Positions 13,145-26,138 of a stretch of 64,000 nucleotides of DNA are shown here, piece by piece. The DNA is from Scyliorhinus canicula. Its lineage: Eukaryota. Each line of letters begins with the position of its first letter. Positions within the stretch are counted from its first letter, which is position 1. Position numbers and translations under genes: made by a program. Below the pieces are notes generated by a model. It was not told the DNA's origin. It saw only the letters and a program-made list of their open reading frames with translations, and searched no databases. The stretch is from positions 178,793,873 to 178,857,872 of the forward strand of contig NC_052154.1 of assembly GCF_902713615.1 (NCBI RefSeq). The letters run 5' to 3'.

Positions 13145-14179
13145 CAGATCTACGTTCTGTCATCCTGTCACATCCAGCTGTGAATGGTGATGGACAATGA
13201 AATAACACACTGGAGGAGGAGGCTCCACAAATATCCCCATCCTCAATGTGGGTGAGCCCAGCAAAGGTGAATCCACAATCATCAACAGAAGTGAAGAGTA
13301 GATAATCCATTTTTGTCCCCTCCGGAGGTCCCCAGCATCACAGATGTCAGTCTTCAGCCAATTCGATTCACTCCGCTAGATATCAAGAAACTCCTGAAGA
13401 CACTGGATATTGAACGGCTGTGCGCCCTGACAGTATTCCAGCAGTAGTACTGAAAGCCTGGGCTGCAGAACATGCCACACAACGAGCCAAGCTGTTCCAG
13501 TACAGCTACAAACATTAATATCTACTCAGCAATGTGAAAATTACCAAATAAACAGGATAAATTCAACCCAGCTAATTGCTGCCATATCAGTCTATTCTCA
13601 ATCATCAGAAAAGCGATGGAAGGGGTCATCACCACTGCTATCAAGCAGCGCTTCCTTCGCAAAAATTTGCTCATTGATGGTCAGTTTGGGTTCTGCCAGG
13701 GCCACTCATTTCTTGACCTCATTACAGCCTTGTTTCAAACATGGACAAAAGAGCTAAACCCAAGCGGTGAGGTGAGAATAACGGTGTTTTACATCAGGGC
13801 TGCATTTAACCGAGTATGTCATTAAGGAGCCCTAGCAAAGCTTCTGTCAATAGGAATAAAGGGGAAAATGCTACACTGGTTGGTGGCATGCCCAGCACAA
13901 AGACAAATGGTTGTGGTTATGGGAAATCAGTCATCTCAGCTCCAGGACATCACTGTAGGAGTTCACCACTGTCGGGTCCGAGGCCTAACCATCTTCAGTT
14001 GCTTCCTTCCATCTAAGGTCAGAAGTGGGGATGTTTTCTGATAATTGCACAATATTCAGAACCATTTGCGTCTCCTCAGGCACTGAAGCAGCCCATGTCC
14101 ATATGCAGCAAGACATTGACAATGTCCAGGCAGATGGCAAGTGACATTCACGCCACAAAGGTGACAGGCAATGACCATC

Positions 14180-15006
14180 TGAAGGGGGGTGTCCTGGGAT
14201 GAGACCCCTTAATACTGGATAGCTAGGATAACACTAGAATAGTTCAGCAGAAGTTAGTTTATTGAGGACTGAGACTAATCATAGAAAGTATACCCAGTAA
14301 TCATTATTAACCATTAAACATGTATTTTTAGGTCATAGCAGTAATAAGCATTTAAACTCTTGTTAAAAGCAGTGGCTGCAATGCATGATGGGATTTAAGC
14401 TATCTAACTTCCCATGTTTTAAGATAAACAGGATTAGACAGAAATAGTGTGGTCAGCAATAACACAGTCAGCTCAGTAAGCAGATCTTATCAGTGGCCCT
14501 AACACCCTGCCTGAGACAATCCATGGTGTAAAGAGAAACCAACTTCAATATCCTGCACCTAGATGAACAATCAGGTGGGCAGGTACTGGCTAAGATGAGT
14601 AACGTGGAAATGGGAGCAAAACAAAACATAACAGATAAAGTGTCCTGGTAAACAACAGGTGGTAGGATGGGGTTAAGTCATGAGCTGATCACAGTCACCA
14701 TGCTGCTTAAAGTAAACTTCATTGGTCAATATAAAATTGATAGCTCCGAGAACTGGATCAAGTCCAACTGGGGTGGGCTATTGATTTTTGGGAAATTGTA
14801 TAATTGTAACCCCTGAACCAGTGTAAAGCAGAGTGGTTTTGACATTTATCCAAATCACTCTCCGTTGACCAAGCTTGGAAAAGTAAAGCCGTCTTAACCA
14901 GAGTTGATAGGTCTGCAGGTCTTTGTGTTCAGCTGAGTTGTAACTAAGAGGGAGGAACCCCACGTAAAAGCCAGCTCAATACTTAGTCCTTGAAAACACT
15001 CCTACA
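14180..15006. mobile_element. Solo LTR interrupting a LINE
   Basis: TGAAGG...CCTACA ends. The flanks rejoin as the LINE sequence GACCATC/TCCAACAAG. Degenerate 5-bp TSD (CCATC/CTATA). Confidence 0.65.
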
Positions 15007-17060
15007 CTATATCCAACAAGAGAGAATCTAACCATAGCCCCTTGACATTCAATAGCATTACCATCATTGAATCCTCCCACTATCATCATCCTGGGCGTTC
15101 CTATTGACCCGAACTAGATTGGACTAGCCACATAAGTACATTGGCTAGAAGAGCAGATCAGATGCTCTGAATCATGTGGTGAGTAACTGATCTGCCGAAT
15201 CCCCAAAGCTTGCTCACAACCTGCAAGGCGCAGTCAGGAGTGTGATAGAAGACTCTCCAATTGCCTGGATTAGTGCAGCTCCTACAAGACTCAAGAAGCT
15301 CAACACCATCCAGGTCAAAACAACCAGCCTGATTGACACCCCATCCACAAACATTAATTCCCTCCACCACCGATGCACAGTAAGAGCAGTTTGTACCATC
15401 TACAAGATGCACTGCAGGAACACCAAGGTTCCTTCAACAGCACCTTCCAAACCCATGACCACTACCAGCTAGAAAGAGAAAGGCCGCAGATTATTGAGAC
15501 TATCACCACCTGATAGTTCCCCTACAAGTCACACACCAAGCTGACTTGGAAATGTATCACTGTTCCTTCGCTAAGTCAAAATCCTGGAACTCCCTCCCTA
15601 CTGTGGATGTACCTACACCTGAAGGACTGCAACGGTTCAAGAAGGCAGCTCACCACCACCTTCTCAAGGGAAATTAGGGGTAGGCAATAAATGCTGGCCT
15701 AGCCAGTAAAACACTTGAATGAATATTCATTTGAATATTCAAAACATTTGAATGAATAAAAAAATACATATCTGCACCCTCTACTGCAAATGTGTGCATA
15801 GTTATGAGCTGTCAACGAAGACTTGCTGTTAATATACTCAAGGCTATGAAACCTACTTGGTGTCTGAGGTAGGATTATTAGGGTTAGTAACGGTGACAGA
15901 GATTCAGTAAAAACCCTCATTCTCAGGAGACTTCTGAAAAAACTAAGATAAAGGACACCTTGAATGGATTCTGCACTGAACCCAAGTCCCAACTGAAGCT
16001 ACAGAGGCTGAAAAAATGCACCACAAAAAAAACAAAGCCGAACCTCCAGAGACAGAAGAGCCTAGAAGCAAGCAAGAAAAATAGACCTTTTAGCCATCGG
16101 AAGACTCCATTGAATCCCTCCTGGCAGTCCAGCTTCAGCAGCCGAGTTGGCAATGTGCAGGAATGAGATAAAATGGAAAGGATTCCAAGCTAGCTAGTCC
16201 TGAGAAACAACTTTTTTGCAATCTGCCGCTTAACCCGTCCACAGACTCCGATTACGAAATCGGGTGTGGTTAAACATCAAGAAATTGAATAAATGGATGA
16301 AACGGAACTCAACCACCCATTCAACCTTCAAGCCAACAACAGGAACAAGCAACACCAGAGCCTCCACTCTCCCGAAAGTACGGCAAACGAGATGTGGTGG
16401 GGCGGGGTGGTTATAAGGCCTCTAGACATTGTCAGCATGTGGAGCTAGGCAGCAAATTAAAAAGCAGAATGTGAAATAATTTCTGGATTATTACCTTGGC
16501 CACTTGCAAATTGGCACACAGCAAATTGGATTAGAGAAATAAAAGCATGATTGAAAGACTGATGTGGGAGGAGCAAGTTCTGGTTCTGAGGCAGTGGCAC
16601 GAGTATTAGGGAAGGTGGGATCTGTACCATTGGGATGGTCCATACCTGGACCTTGCTGCGACCAGTGTTTAAGCGTGTTGCATAACTAAAGAAGTAGAGA
16701 GGATTTAAAATTAAATAGTGGGGCCATGAGATCATATTTAGTGATGCGGTAAATCAAAGAGTCGAGGCGAAGCAACAAAGAAAGAACATAATAATCGCTT
16801 ATTGTCACAAGTAGGCTTCAATGAAGTTACTGTGAAAAGCCCCCAGTCGCCACATTCCGGCGCCTGTTCGGGGAGGCTGGTACGGGAATTGAACCCGCGC
16901 TGCTGGATGTGTTCTGTATGACAAGCCAGTGATTTATCCCACTAGGAGCAGGAGTAGGCCATTTGACCCTTCGAGCCTGCTCTTTTTGTGGACTCAGCTC
17001 CACTTTCCCGCCCAAACATCATAACCCTTCATTCCTTTATTCTTCAAAAAACATGGTAAT

Positions 17061-17398
17061 GCACGGTAGCATTGTGGATAGCACAATTGCTTCACAGTTC
17101 CAGGGTCCCAGGTTCGATTCTGGCTTGGGTCACTGTCTGTGCAGAGTCTGTACATCCTCCCCGTGTGTGCGTGGGTTTCCTCCGGGTCCTCCGGTTTCCT
17201 CCCACAGTCCAAAATGTGCAGGTTAGGTGGATTGGCCATGATAAATTGCCCTTAGTGTCCAAAATTGCCCTTAGTGTTGGGTGGGGTTACTGTATGGGGA
17301 TAGGGTGGAGGTGTTGACCTTGGATAGGGTGCTCTTTCCAAGAGCCGGTGCAGACTCGATGGGCCAAATGGCCTCCTTCTGCACTGTTAATTCTATGA
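17061..17398 (+). mobile_element. HE1-type V-SINE
   Basis: tRNA-like head, V core, CR1-type tail. Confidence 0.9.
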
Positions 17399-17399
17399 T

Positions 17400-17690
17400 A
17401 AAAAAAATCTTGAAAACATTCAATGAAGGAGCCTCAACTGCTTCACTGGGCAGGGAATTCCATAGATTCACAACCCTTTGGGTGAAGACGTTCCTCCTGA
17501 GCTCAGTCCTAAATCTACTTCCCCTTATTTTGAGGCTATGCCCCTTTGTTCTGCTTTCACCCACCAGCGGAAACAAATTCCCCGCATCTATCCTATCTAT
17601 TCCCTTCATAATTTTATATGTTTCTATAAGATACCCCCCAGCATCCTTCTAAATTCCAATGAATACAGTCCCAGCCTACTCAACCTCATA
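17400..17690 (-). mobile_element. CR1 ORF2 C-terminal fragment
   Basis: MKGIDRIDAGNLFPLVGESRTKGHSLKIRG...FTQRVVNLWNSLP. Confidence 0.85.
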
Positions 17691-17792
17691 TGAAAAAGTA
17701 TAGAGACCATAGCAAGAAGGAAAAGAAAATACAAATTGAAGAGGAAATCAACAGATAAGACTAACGGTTGAAAAATAATAAAAGGACACATT

Positions 17793-18089
17793 CCAGGTTC
17801 GATTCCGGCTTGGGTCACTGTCTGTGCGGAGTCTGCACGTCCTCCCTGTGTGTGCGTGGGTTTCCTCCGGGTGCTCCGGTTTCCTCCCACAGTCCAAAGA
17901 TGTGCGGGTTAGGTGGATTGGCCATCCTAAATTGCCCGTAGTGTCCTTAAAAGTAAGGTTGGGGGGGGTTGTTGGGTTACGGGTATAGGGTGGATACGTG
18001 GGTTTGAGTAGGGTGATCATTGCTCGGCACAACATCGAGGGCCGAAGGGCCTGTTCTGTGCTGTACTGTTCTATGTTCTATGTTCTATG
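17793..18089 (+). mobile_element. HE1-type V-SINE, 5'-truncated
   Basis: Near-identical to 46843-47140. Confidence 0.9.
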
Positions 18090-20084
18090 ACAAAGCTGAA
18101 AGCTCTAAATATGATTTCACATAGCATTCAAAACAACACAGCTGAACGTCCAACAAATAGGAAAAAATTAGTATGATCTGATAGCCATTACAGCGGATGA
18201 CATAGATTGGGACCTGAAAATTTCAGAGTACATGACATTTAGGAAGGACAGGAAGTGAGGAAAAGGTAGAGGGGTAGCTCTTTTAATTAATGATGGTATT
18301 AGTGCAATGGAGCGGGGTGACCTAAGTTCAGGAAACCAAGATAAAGAAGTGGTTTGGGCAGAGCTGAGAAATGATAAAGGCAAGGAGTCACTTGTGGGAA
18401 TGGGTTTAGGTCCCTTCAAACTACCCACATCGTAGGACGGTGTATAAAGGAAGAAATAATGGGAGCTTGTTAGAAAGGTATGGTGATTATCATGGGGGTT
18501 TTAAATCTGCACATAGACTGGATATCAAATAGACAAAGGTATCCAAGATAAAGAGTTCGCAGAGTGTTTTCAGGGTAGTTTCTGAGAACAGCACATTCTG
18601 GAGCCAACCAGAGAGCAGAGAACACTTGATCTAGTAATGTGCAATGAGATAGGATTAATTCATCAACTCACCGTGAAAGTGACCCTGGGCAGCAGCAATC
18701 ATAATATGATTGAATTTTACATTCAGTTTGAGGGATAGAGGAGTGGGTCTAGAACTAGTGTTTTAAACTTCATAAGGGAAATTATGAAGGCATGAAAACT
18801 GAGCAAGCTAAAGTGAGCTGGAAAACTAGGTTAAGGGATCAGTCAATAGGGAAGATGCGGAAGACATTTGAGGGGAATTTCAGAATATAGAAAATAGATA
18901 CATTTTAACAAGAAAGAAAAATTCCAAATGGAGGACCAAACGACTGTGATTAACCAAGGATTAAAGGTAGGATCAAATGTAAAGAGAAAGTATATAGTTG
19001 TGCAAGGTTAGACAGAGTATTATAAAAGAGCAGCAAATAACTTACTGAAAAGAAGGAAAAGTTTGATAGAAAATGAGAGAAGGCTAGTTTGAAATAAAAA
19101 AACAGACATTTAGAGTTTCTATAGATATTTTAAAAAGTAGAATTAACAAAGTGAACATTGGTCCACTAGAGAGTGAGTCTGGTGAACTAATAACAGACAA
19201 TAAGGAGCTGACAGATGAATTGAACAGGTATTGGTCTCACTGTAGTGGAATAGGTCACCCCGAACAACTCAGAGGACATTTAAGAGTCAACCACATTGCT
19301 ATGGGTCTGGAGTCACAAGTATGCCAGACCAGAATGGCAAATTTCCCTTCCATAAAGGGCATGAGTGAATCAGATGTATTTTTACCACAAGCGACAATGG
19401 TTTCATGTCGATAATTATATTCCAGAATTTTTTTTTGAATTTGAATGTCACATCAGCCATGGAGGGATTTGAACGTTGGTCCCAGAGGATTATCCTGGAT
19501 TAATTGATTCCGAATGATGGGGACAATACAACTACACCACCAATTCCCCTCCATAGGCAAGCAGGTGAAAGGTTATCAGGGGTAGATCGGAATGTGAAGC
19601 TCAAATCGTAATCAGAGCAGGCATGAACATATTGGCCTGTAACTTCCTGCATCATTCGTGACTTAAATCGCTGGCGCGATGACCCGGAATTGTGGGCATT
19701 CAGGTATGCACGCTGGAAGCGTGTGGCATTCAAACTCCCGGACGTTTTGTTTCCCCCGCTTGAAGCACTGCGCTGCTGAATGCAAGTGCAGCTACAGCAC
19801 TAACCTGGGCCACCTGGATTTTTGGCGAGTTTTTACACCATTTTATTTACACGGAAATTTATCAATCAAGCAAAGACAGGAGACACGGGAAACTTTTTTT
19901 GGACGGTTAATGTTTTATATTATTCATGCTGGTGTTTTTATAAAAATCCAAGTATAATCAAATGAAGATCTATTTTTATTTTTATTAAACTTTGGGTTGC
20001 CATGAGGATGTTAATTCCATTAAAGGAACTATAATGGCTAGAATGCAGTGATCACTGGATTTACTTAAGCTTCCGCTACTGTGC

Positions 20085-20412
20085 GCAGCACGGTAGCACA
20101 AGGGGCTAGCACTGTGGCTTCACAGCACCAGGGTCCCAGGTTCGATTTCCCCATTGGGTCAGTGCCTGTGTCTGTGCGGAGTCTGCACGTTCTCCCCGTG
20201 TCTGCGTGGGTTTTCTCCGGGTGCTCCGGTTTCCTCCCACAGTCCAAAGGCGTGCAGGTTAGGTGGATTGGCCATGCTAAATTGCCCTTAGTGTCCAAAA
20301 GGTTAGGAGGAGTTATTCGGTTGCGGGGATAGGGTGGAAGTGAAGGTTCAAGTGGGTCAGTGCAGACTCAATGGGCCAAATGGCCTCCTTCTGCACTGTG
20401 TGTTCTATGTTC
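20085..20412 (+). mobile_element. HE1-type V-SINE
   Basis: Head, V core, CR1-type tail. Confidence 0.9.
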
Positions 20413-22323
20413 CCTAACTTCAGTGGAGAGATTTTATGGAAGTAAAGACTTCAAATTCATTAACAAAATTTTAAAAATAAATCAGAAATTATTATGGATT
20501 AATTCTCAATAATTACTGATGAATTTAAGTTATACCTAAAAAGCTACCGTTTGTTATTTTGCAATGAAAATTAATTTGCTGGGTTGGACTTTGTTTACTT
20601 TCAAGGGCAGGGATGGTTATTGTGAACCAAGGTCATGCTTCGAGACAATGCCGTTTAAAAAGCCATCAAGAAAAGTATTGAAATAGTAAGGATTTTGTGA
20701 ATTTTAAGTCACTGAAGTTCTTTCTTCATTGGCTTTAATGTGCATTTCTAACCAAAAAACATCAAAATTAAAGAGCTGAACAAAAGTATAACTTCAGTAT
20801 GGTGGAGCCATAACTAGTATCGGCTCTCATTGGTTAAGTTTGAATGACTATAAACTGTTCGAGTCACACTCGTGTTTAAGCATTTGAATCTTCACGGTGG
20901 CACGGTGGTTAGCGCTGTTGCTTCACAGCGCCAGGGTCCCAGGTTCGATTCCTGGCTTGGGTCACTGTCTGTGCGTTCTCCCCGTGTCTGCGCGGGTTTT
21001 CTCTGGGTGCTCCAGTTTCCTCCCACAAGTCCCGAAAGACATGCTGTTAGGTGAATTGGACATTCTGAATTCTCCCTCTGTGTTCTCGAACAGGCGCCAG
21101 AGTGTGGCGACGAGTGGCTTTTTATAGCTCACCCCAACCCTGCTCACCCTTCACCACCAACACTGCTGACCCCCAACACTGCTTAGCCCCTCACCACTAA
21201 CACCAGTCACCCTCTCACCGCCAAACCGCTCACTCCCAGATCCCCAGATACTGCTGCTTTTAGCGTAGTGATAGTGCCACACATCACACTGGAGGGTATC
21301 GTTTGTGTGAAGATGGTACTTTGTGACCACAAGGACTGTGCAACGATCACTATTCAATAAGGGTGATGGTCACTGGCACTGTCATGGGCAGATGCATCTG
21401 CAACAGGTAATTTGGTGAGGATGAGGTCAAGTAGATTTTTCCCTGTCGATTCTCTCACCAACTGCCATTGGACATTGAAGTTCCCCACCCAAAGTACATT
21501 CTATGCTTGGGTTGTCCTCTGTGCTTCTACAAAGTGGTGTTCAACATGGAGGAGTACTGATTCAAGAGTTGGTTAAAGGTGGTAATCAGCAGGAGGTTTC
21601 CTAGCCCACGTTTGACATGTTGAGGGCTCCCGTGCGCATTCAATCCTGACCATATGCTGCTATGTTGCCCCCCCCCCGGACGGGATCTGGGATATTATCT
21701 GCAGGGTATGATTCAATGAATGTGCCATTATCAGGCTGCAGCTGATTCCACGGTAAAGCCCTCCCGCTTTCGGCACAAGTTCCCAGGTGTTAGTGAGGAG
21801 AATGTTGCAGAGATGACCTGGGCAGGACATACATGTTTCAACTTTGGTGCCTGGGTCAATGCTGGTGGGCATTTTCTTTTATTCAGCATTTCTGCAGTGA
21901 TTTGATACAATGGAGAGGCGTATTGGTCCATTTCAGAGGCAGTTAAGTATCAACCGCATTGATGTGGGTCGAAAGTCACATGTCAGCGAAACCAGATAAG
22001 GACAGATTTCCTTCCCTGAAGGGAATTAGTGAAACAGTTGTGTTTTATGACAATCCAGCAGTTCCATGATGATGAGTCGAGCACACCTTAAGATTGGCAA
22101 TATCAAACTGTTCAGATGCCCCAGAATGCTAGCCTACCCTTGCGTTCAAGCTCCTTATGAAGCACTTATGGCATTCATCTCAATTAGGTGCATCGCTATG
22201 GTAACCGGCAGCTATATTTCCCTGCGCTCAAATTTACCTCAATTCCTGCCATAAATCTTGAGAAACAACACAACTTCCATGGTTTATGGACTATGGAGAT
22301 AAAGCTTCACACAATCCAGAGCT

Positions 22324-22337
22324 GTTGCCATGGAAAC
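22324..22337. promoter_or_regulatory. RFX X-box motif
   Basis: GTTGCCATGGAAAC fits the X-box consensus GTTRCCATGGNAAC. A second, weaker box ATCGCTATGGTAAC is at 22192-22205. Confidence 0.5.
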
Positions 22338-25096
22338 TCATTTCAATATTCAACACCATAACTAATTCAGAGCTGATAGCCAAAAAGATTTCACGGAAGT
22401 TCAATCATTCAGTTGAGCTAGTTTCCACATTACTGTATTGAGATACATACTGCAGTGAACCGTAACTGAAATTATAAATAGCACTTAAAGCATTTTATTA
22501 TGGATCCAACATGGAGTGTAGAAGAATATTCACAGATAGTTAATAATCAGCTCTGTGGAGATGTGTCAACCGAATACTTCTCTCCGAATCCTGCTACTGT
22601 ATTGTTCATTTTACCTGTTTAAATAAGATAGTGTAGAATATGTCACTGAAAACCTTGAAAGGTTCACAAACAATAACAATCGCAAATGCTTATTTAAGAC
22701 TGAGCTAAAAACGGGTTGCAACTGGAACACTAAACCTTGCACACTTGAAATGGACGAAGTCCACTTTAAGCATTTAATGCAATCACGACAGTTAGTTTGT
22801 TTTCAAAGAAGAAATGAGACAGACTTTAGGACTGAAATGAGTGGTTTTATCAAAGGATTGTTGAACGAACCAGGCTCATCGTAAAAAAGTCAAACTAGAA
22901 GCTCCTGTCTTTGCTCTATATCTTGCAAAACAGCGTGCAACAACCACATGAAACCAGGCTTCATTTTGTTCAGATTATTTATCTTGTCCCTCAAGCCAGG
23001 ATACAAGACAGCATCCCAGTTTATAACAGTGATTCGTAGAAATATGTCAAAGTTGCTTTGATGTGACAATGTTCATGCGTTACTTCAAAACAGGGCCTGA
23101 ATAGTCCTGTCACTTTGTACACGGCAAGGCCCCTTATTCACACCAGACAGGTTGACAGCAAGACAGGTAACAAATTGCAGCTTTTAAAAAAAGAATAAAA
23201 TCTTCAATAAAAAGCAAATATAAAATGCACAATGTTGAGATAGATAGATTTCTGTTCAGCAAAGATATAAGGGCTATGGAGTTAGGCCATACATCAGCCA
23301 TGATTTTATTGAATCATGGGACAGGCTCGTGGGGCTGAATGGGCTACACCTGGCCCTATGTTCCTGTATAAAACTAATAATCTTTTTTATTGTCAGAAGT
23401 AGTCTTACATTAATACTTCAATTATATTTCTGTGAAAAGCCCCTCGTCGCCACATTCTGGTGCCTGTTCGTATCTGTAATTCTATATCAATTAAATATGG
23501 ATTTAGAAGTAAATCATTGTGAAATCTATTTACAGCACAGTTGTTTTACTGACTAATTCATTCACCTTACTTGGCCTGTGAAATGGTTTTTATAATGATT
23601 CTCCTATCACTATAATTTTGATGATTTGTGATTGGAGTTCTGGTCCATTTTTGTCCAGCTGCAGAAGAGTATCAATACCCAAGCACAAAACCACTTTCGC
23701 ATCAATTATACTTTTGTCTGATTCTATCTGAATACCAAGACCAATATTGATCAATGACAGCACTTATAACTCAATAGCTTCAATAAAAAAAAAGAACCTG
23801 ATCGTATTTCTCATATTTTTACTGAAACCTGCCAAAAGCAATTTCTGCTCTGACAAATCTGGAAACACAAACGCTGCCTAAGGGCACATGGAGCATGGAG
23901 AGTCCTTTTGAATCAAACTGGGAACCTCTCCTTCACTCCAGTGCAACCAAATATAATAAGCTATCACAGACACACAAAAGAAACTAAGCTCGGTTACATT
24001 GTCCAGAAGCATAGAATTGTGACTAAATCATTTTGTGGCCTGAACCATTTTGTGCCTAAGTGAGTTGTAGATTGTATCAAGTTTCTGACAGGATGCACTG
24101 CTCATCCACAACAGTGTCAGGTTAATCCGACAGAAGCAATAGAAGTTTCTGGAATCATGATGCTGAGATTAGCAGGTTGCAGTTCAACTTGCCATTTCAG
24201 GGTCAGTAGCCAACTGGCATCCTTTAAGCTTTCACCTCCTATTGAACCAGTCATGACAATGAACTTGTGGAAGCAAATAGTTGAAATTGGGCGATAGCCG
24301 TTAATTAATGGCATGCAGGATACTTCCCTCTTTAACAGTCAGGGCTGAGCTAATTCCTGTTCCACCACAGCAATCTTTATCTCCTGGTTTACTGCAGCAG
24401 CCTGAGATTGGGTTACGTTTGATTCTACATACCCTCTCTTATTTTGAAGCTACAGTGCTTCGTAACAGAACTTTATTTATTATTCAATTACAATAATGCT
24501 TGTTTTATCTATGCATTATCAACACCCACTCCAACAAAGAAAATTGATACTGAAATGTAGTTATATCCAAAGGTTCACAATAAAAGGAACGTTTTGTTGA
24601 AATTTGCACAGAATGAAGCAAATATTTCAGATGGTAGTGTTTCTTACCCAACCACCCAAAGAATCAGTGCCCAGAACTGGGGTTACAAATGATCCCCGGA
24701 TTCAAAATCATGGAATCCAGGACCAAGCAAGTGTGGGTAGTCTCACGGTGGGAATAAGAGATGAAGCCTGAGGGGGTGGGGTCTTGATGGAGAGGCAGGT
24801 AGGGAAAGAAGCACCCGTGGGGGAGAGGGTGGGGGGAGGGGGGGGGGGGTTGCAGGAAGAAATTGTGGGGGGTGTACGCAATGTGCAAAGGAGGTTATTA
24901 AAGGGCGCACACAACCCCGCCCACCCAAGGCCCGAGCAGGGTAACGTTCGAGGCTTCCTTCCCTTCTGAACACCTCCTGCCAACCACTTGGTGACCTCAG
25001 TTGGAACAAGAGAGTGAGGGCCAGTCTCAGCCTACCTCAGCCCACCATAAGATTAGTACATTCTAGGGTGAGTGGGAGGGTGGAAAGATGGAAAGG

Positions 25097-25395
25097 TGGT
25101 ACGGTAGCACAATGGGTAGCACTGATGCGTCACAAGCGCCAAGGTCCCAGGTTCAATTCCCGGCTTGAGTCACTGTCTGTGAGGCGTCTGCATGTTCTCC
25201 CCGTGTCTGGGTGGGTTTCCTCCGGGTGCTCCAGTTTCCTCGCACAAGTACCGAAAGACGTGCTGTAACGTGTATTGGACATTCTGAATTCTCCCTCAGT
25301 GTTCCCGAACAGGTGTTGGAATGCGGTGACTAGGGGCTTTTCACAGTAACTTCATTACAGTGGTAATGTAAGCCTACTTGTGAAAATTGGTATTA
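25097..25395 (+). mobile_element. Hybrid SINE: V-SINE head and core with the short-SINE tail (another at ~20894-21125)
   Basis: V core followed by CCCGAACAGG...GGGGCTTTTCACAGTAACTTCATT. Confidence 0.8.
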
Positions 25396-25739
25396 TCATC
25401 CAGGGAATTTTACCGACCCTCCTGCCAGCAAAATCGCTATTGGGGAGCTCAGCCCTATATTTTTATGACCCAAGTCAGTTCATGTGAAGACTGATACAAA
25501 AAGGAATCTGAAGACTGAGTTTTTGCTCCAAGGTTGGGGACACATGGTGGGTACAATTCCCAGCTCTGCAAACCCGATCCGGGAAATATGTGCGGGAAGG
25601 CTAGATTTTCGGTCCGGGGGGCTGGTGAAAGTGGGAGTTGTGATGGACACTACCTCTGTAAAGGAGTACTCGACCTCTCTAAAAGGGTATCCTACCACTC
25701 TTTTTTAACTTTCCCTACCTCATCTCAAGTGCATACATA

Positions 25740-25910
25740 GAGCTGGATTCTCCGCCAGCGGGATGCTCCGTTTTGCCGGCAGCCCAGGGGTTTCCCGATG
25801 GCATGAGGGTGCCCCACAATGGAAAACCCAATTGACTGGCCGGTGTAACGGAGCATCCCGCCGACGTGCTGAAACAGAAATGTGGCGCGGCGGGGCGGAG
25901 AATCCAGTCC
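25740..25910. mobile_element. Small Harbinger-like MITE (relatives ~2090-2282, ~6590-6790, half copy ~44785-44893)
   Basis: TIR CTGGATTCTCCGCC/GGCGGAGAATCCAG. Confidence 0.75.
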
Positions 25911-26138
25911 ATTATGTTTGTGACATCACAGTAGCCAAAATCAGATGGGACTGAGGCAGCTACACTTTAACATGGAGCATGGACGTGTAAATTAGAGGTT
26001 GACGGTGGCAGAACTGCAATAGGAGTTCAAGCAGACAACCCTGGAACTAAAACGGAGGCTTCTGGGTGCAAGGAATTCCCTTGTGCTCCGGCACTGCGTT
26101 TAAATAAAGAAATATGCAAAAAAAATCCATCCAGTCTG

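Larger units (their letters stand above)
10710..15735 (+). mobile_element. Degraded CR1/L2-group LINE (ORF2 3' part and tail), interrupted by two DNA elements and an LTR
   Basis: RT remnant MEGVI...QFGFCQGHS...AFNRV at 13616. Tail CACCACCACCTTCTCAAGGG...AATAAATGCTGGCC. Flanks rejoin across the insertions. Confidence 0.8.
16435..19230 (+). mobile_element. Old CR1 remnant (esterase ORF1 at ~16440-16720, APE/ORF2 at ~18100-19230) with nested SINEs
   Basis: Similar to 40500-41900 (GGAGCTAGGCAGCAAATTAAAA; GGGAAGGTGGGATCTGTAC; NIGPLESESGELI). Many stops. Confidence 0.7.

Noticed and set aside
12402-13310. 302-aa ORF, and the 221-aa ORF at 5090-5755 plus ORFs around 57800-58400
   Set aside because: They lie in GC-rich MITEs that are poor in stop codons, are open in several frames and show no transposase motifs.
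24090-24298. ~70-codon open frame after an AG acceptor
   Set aside because: No recognisable protein or partner exon; more likely non-coding.
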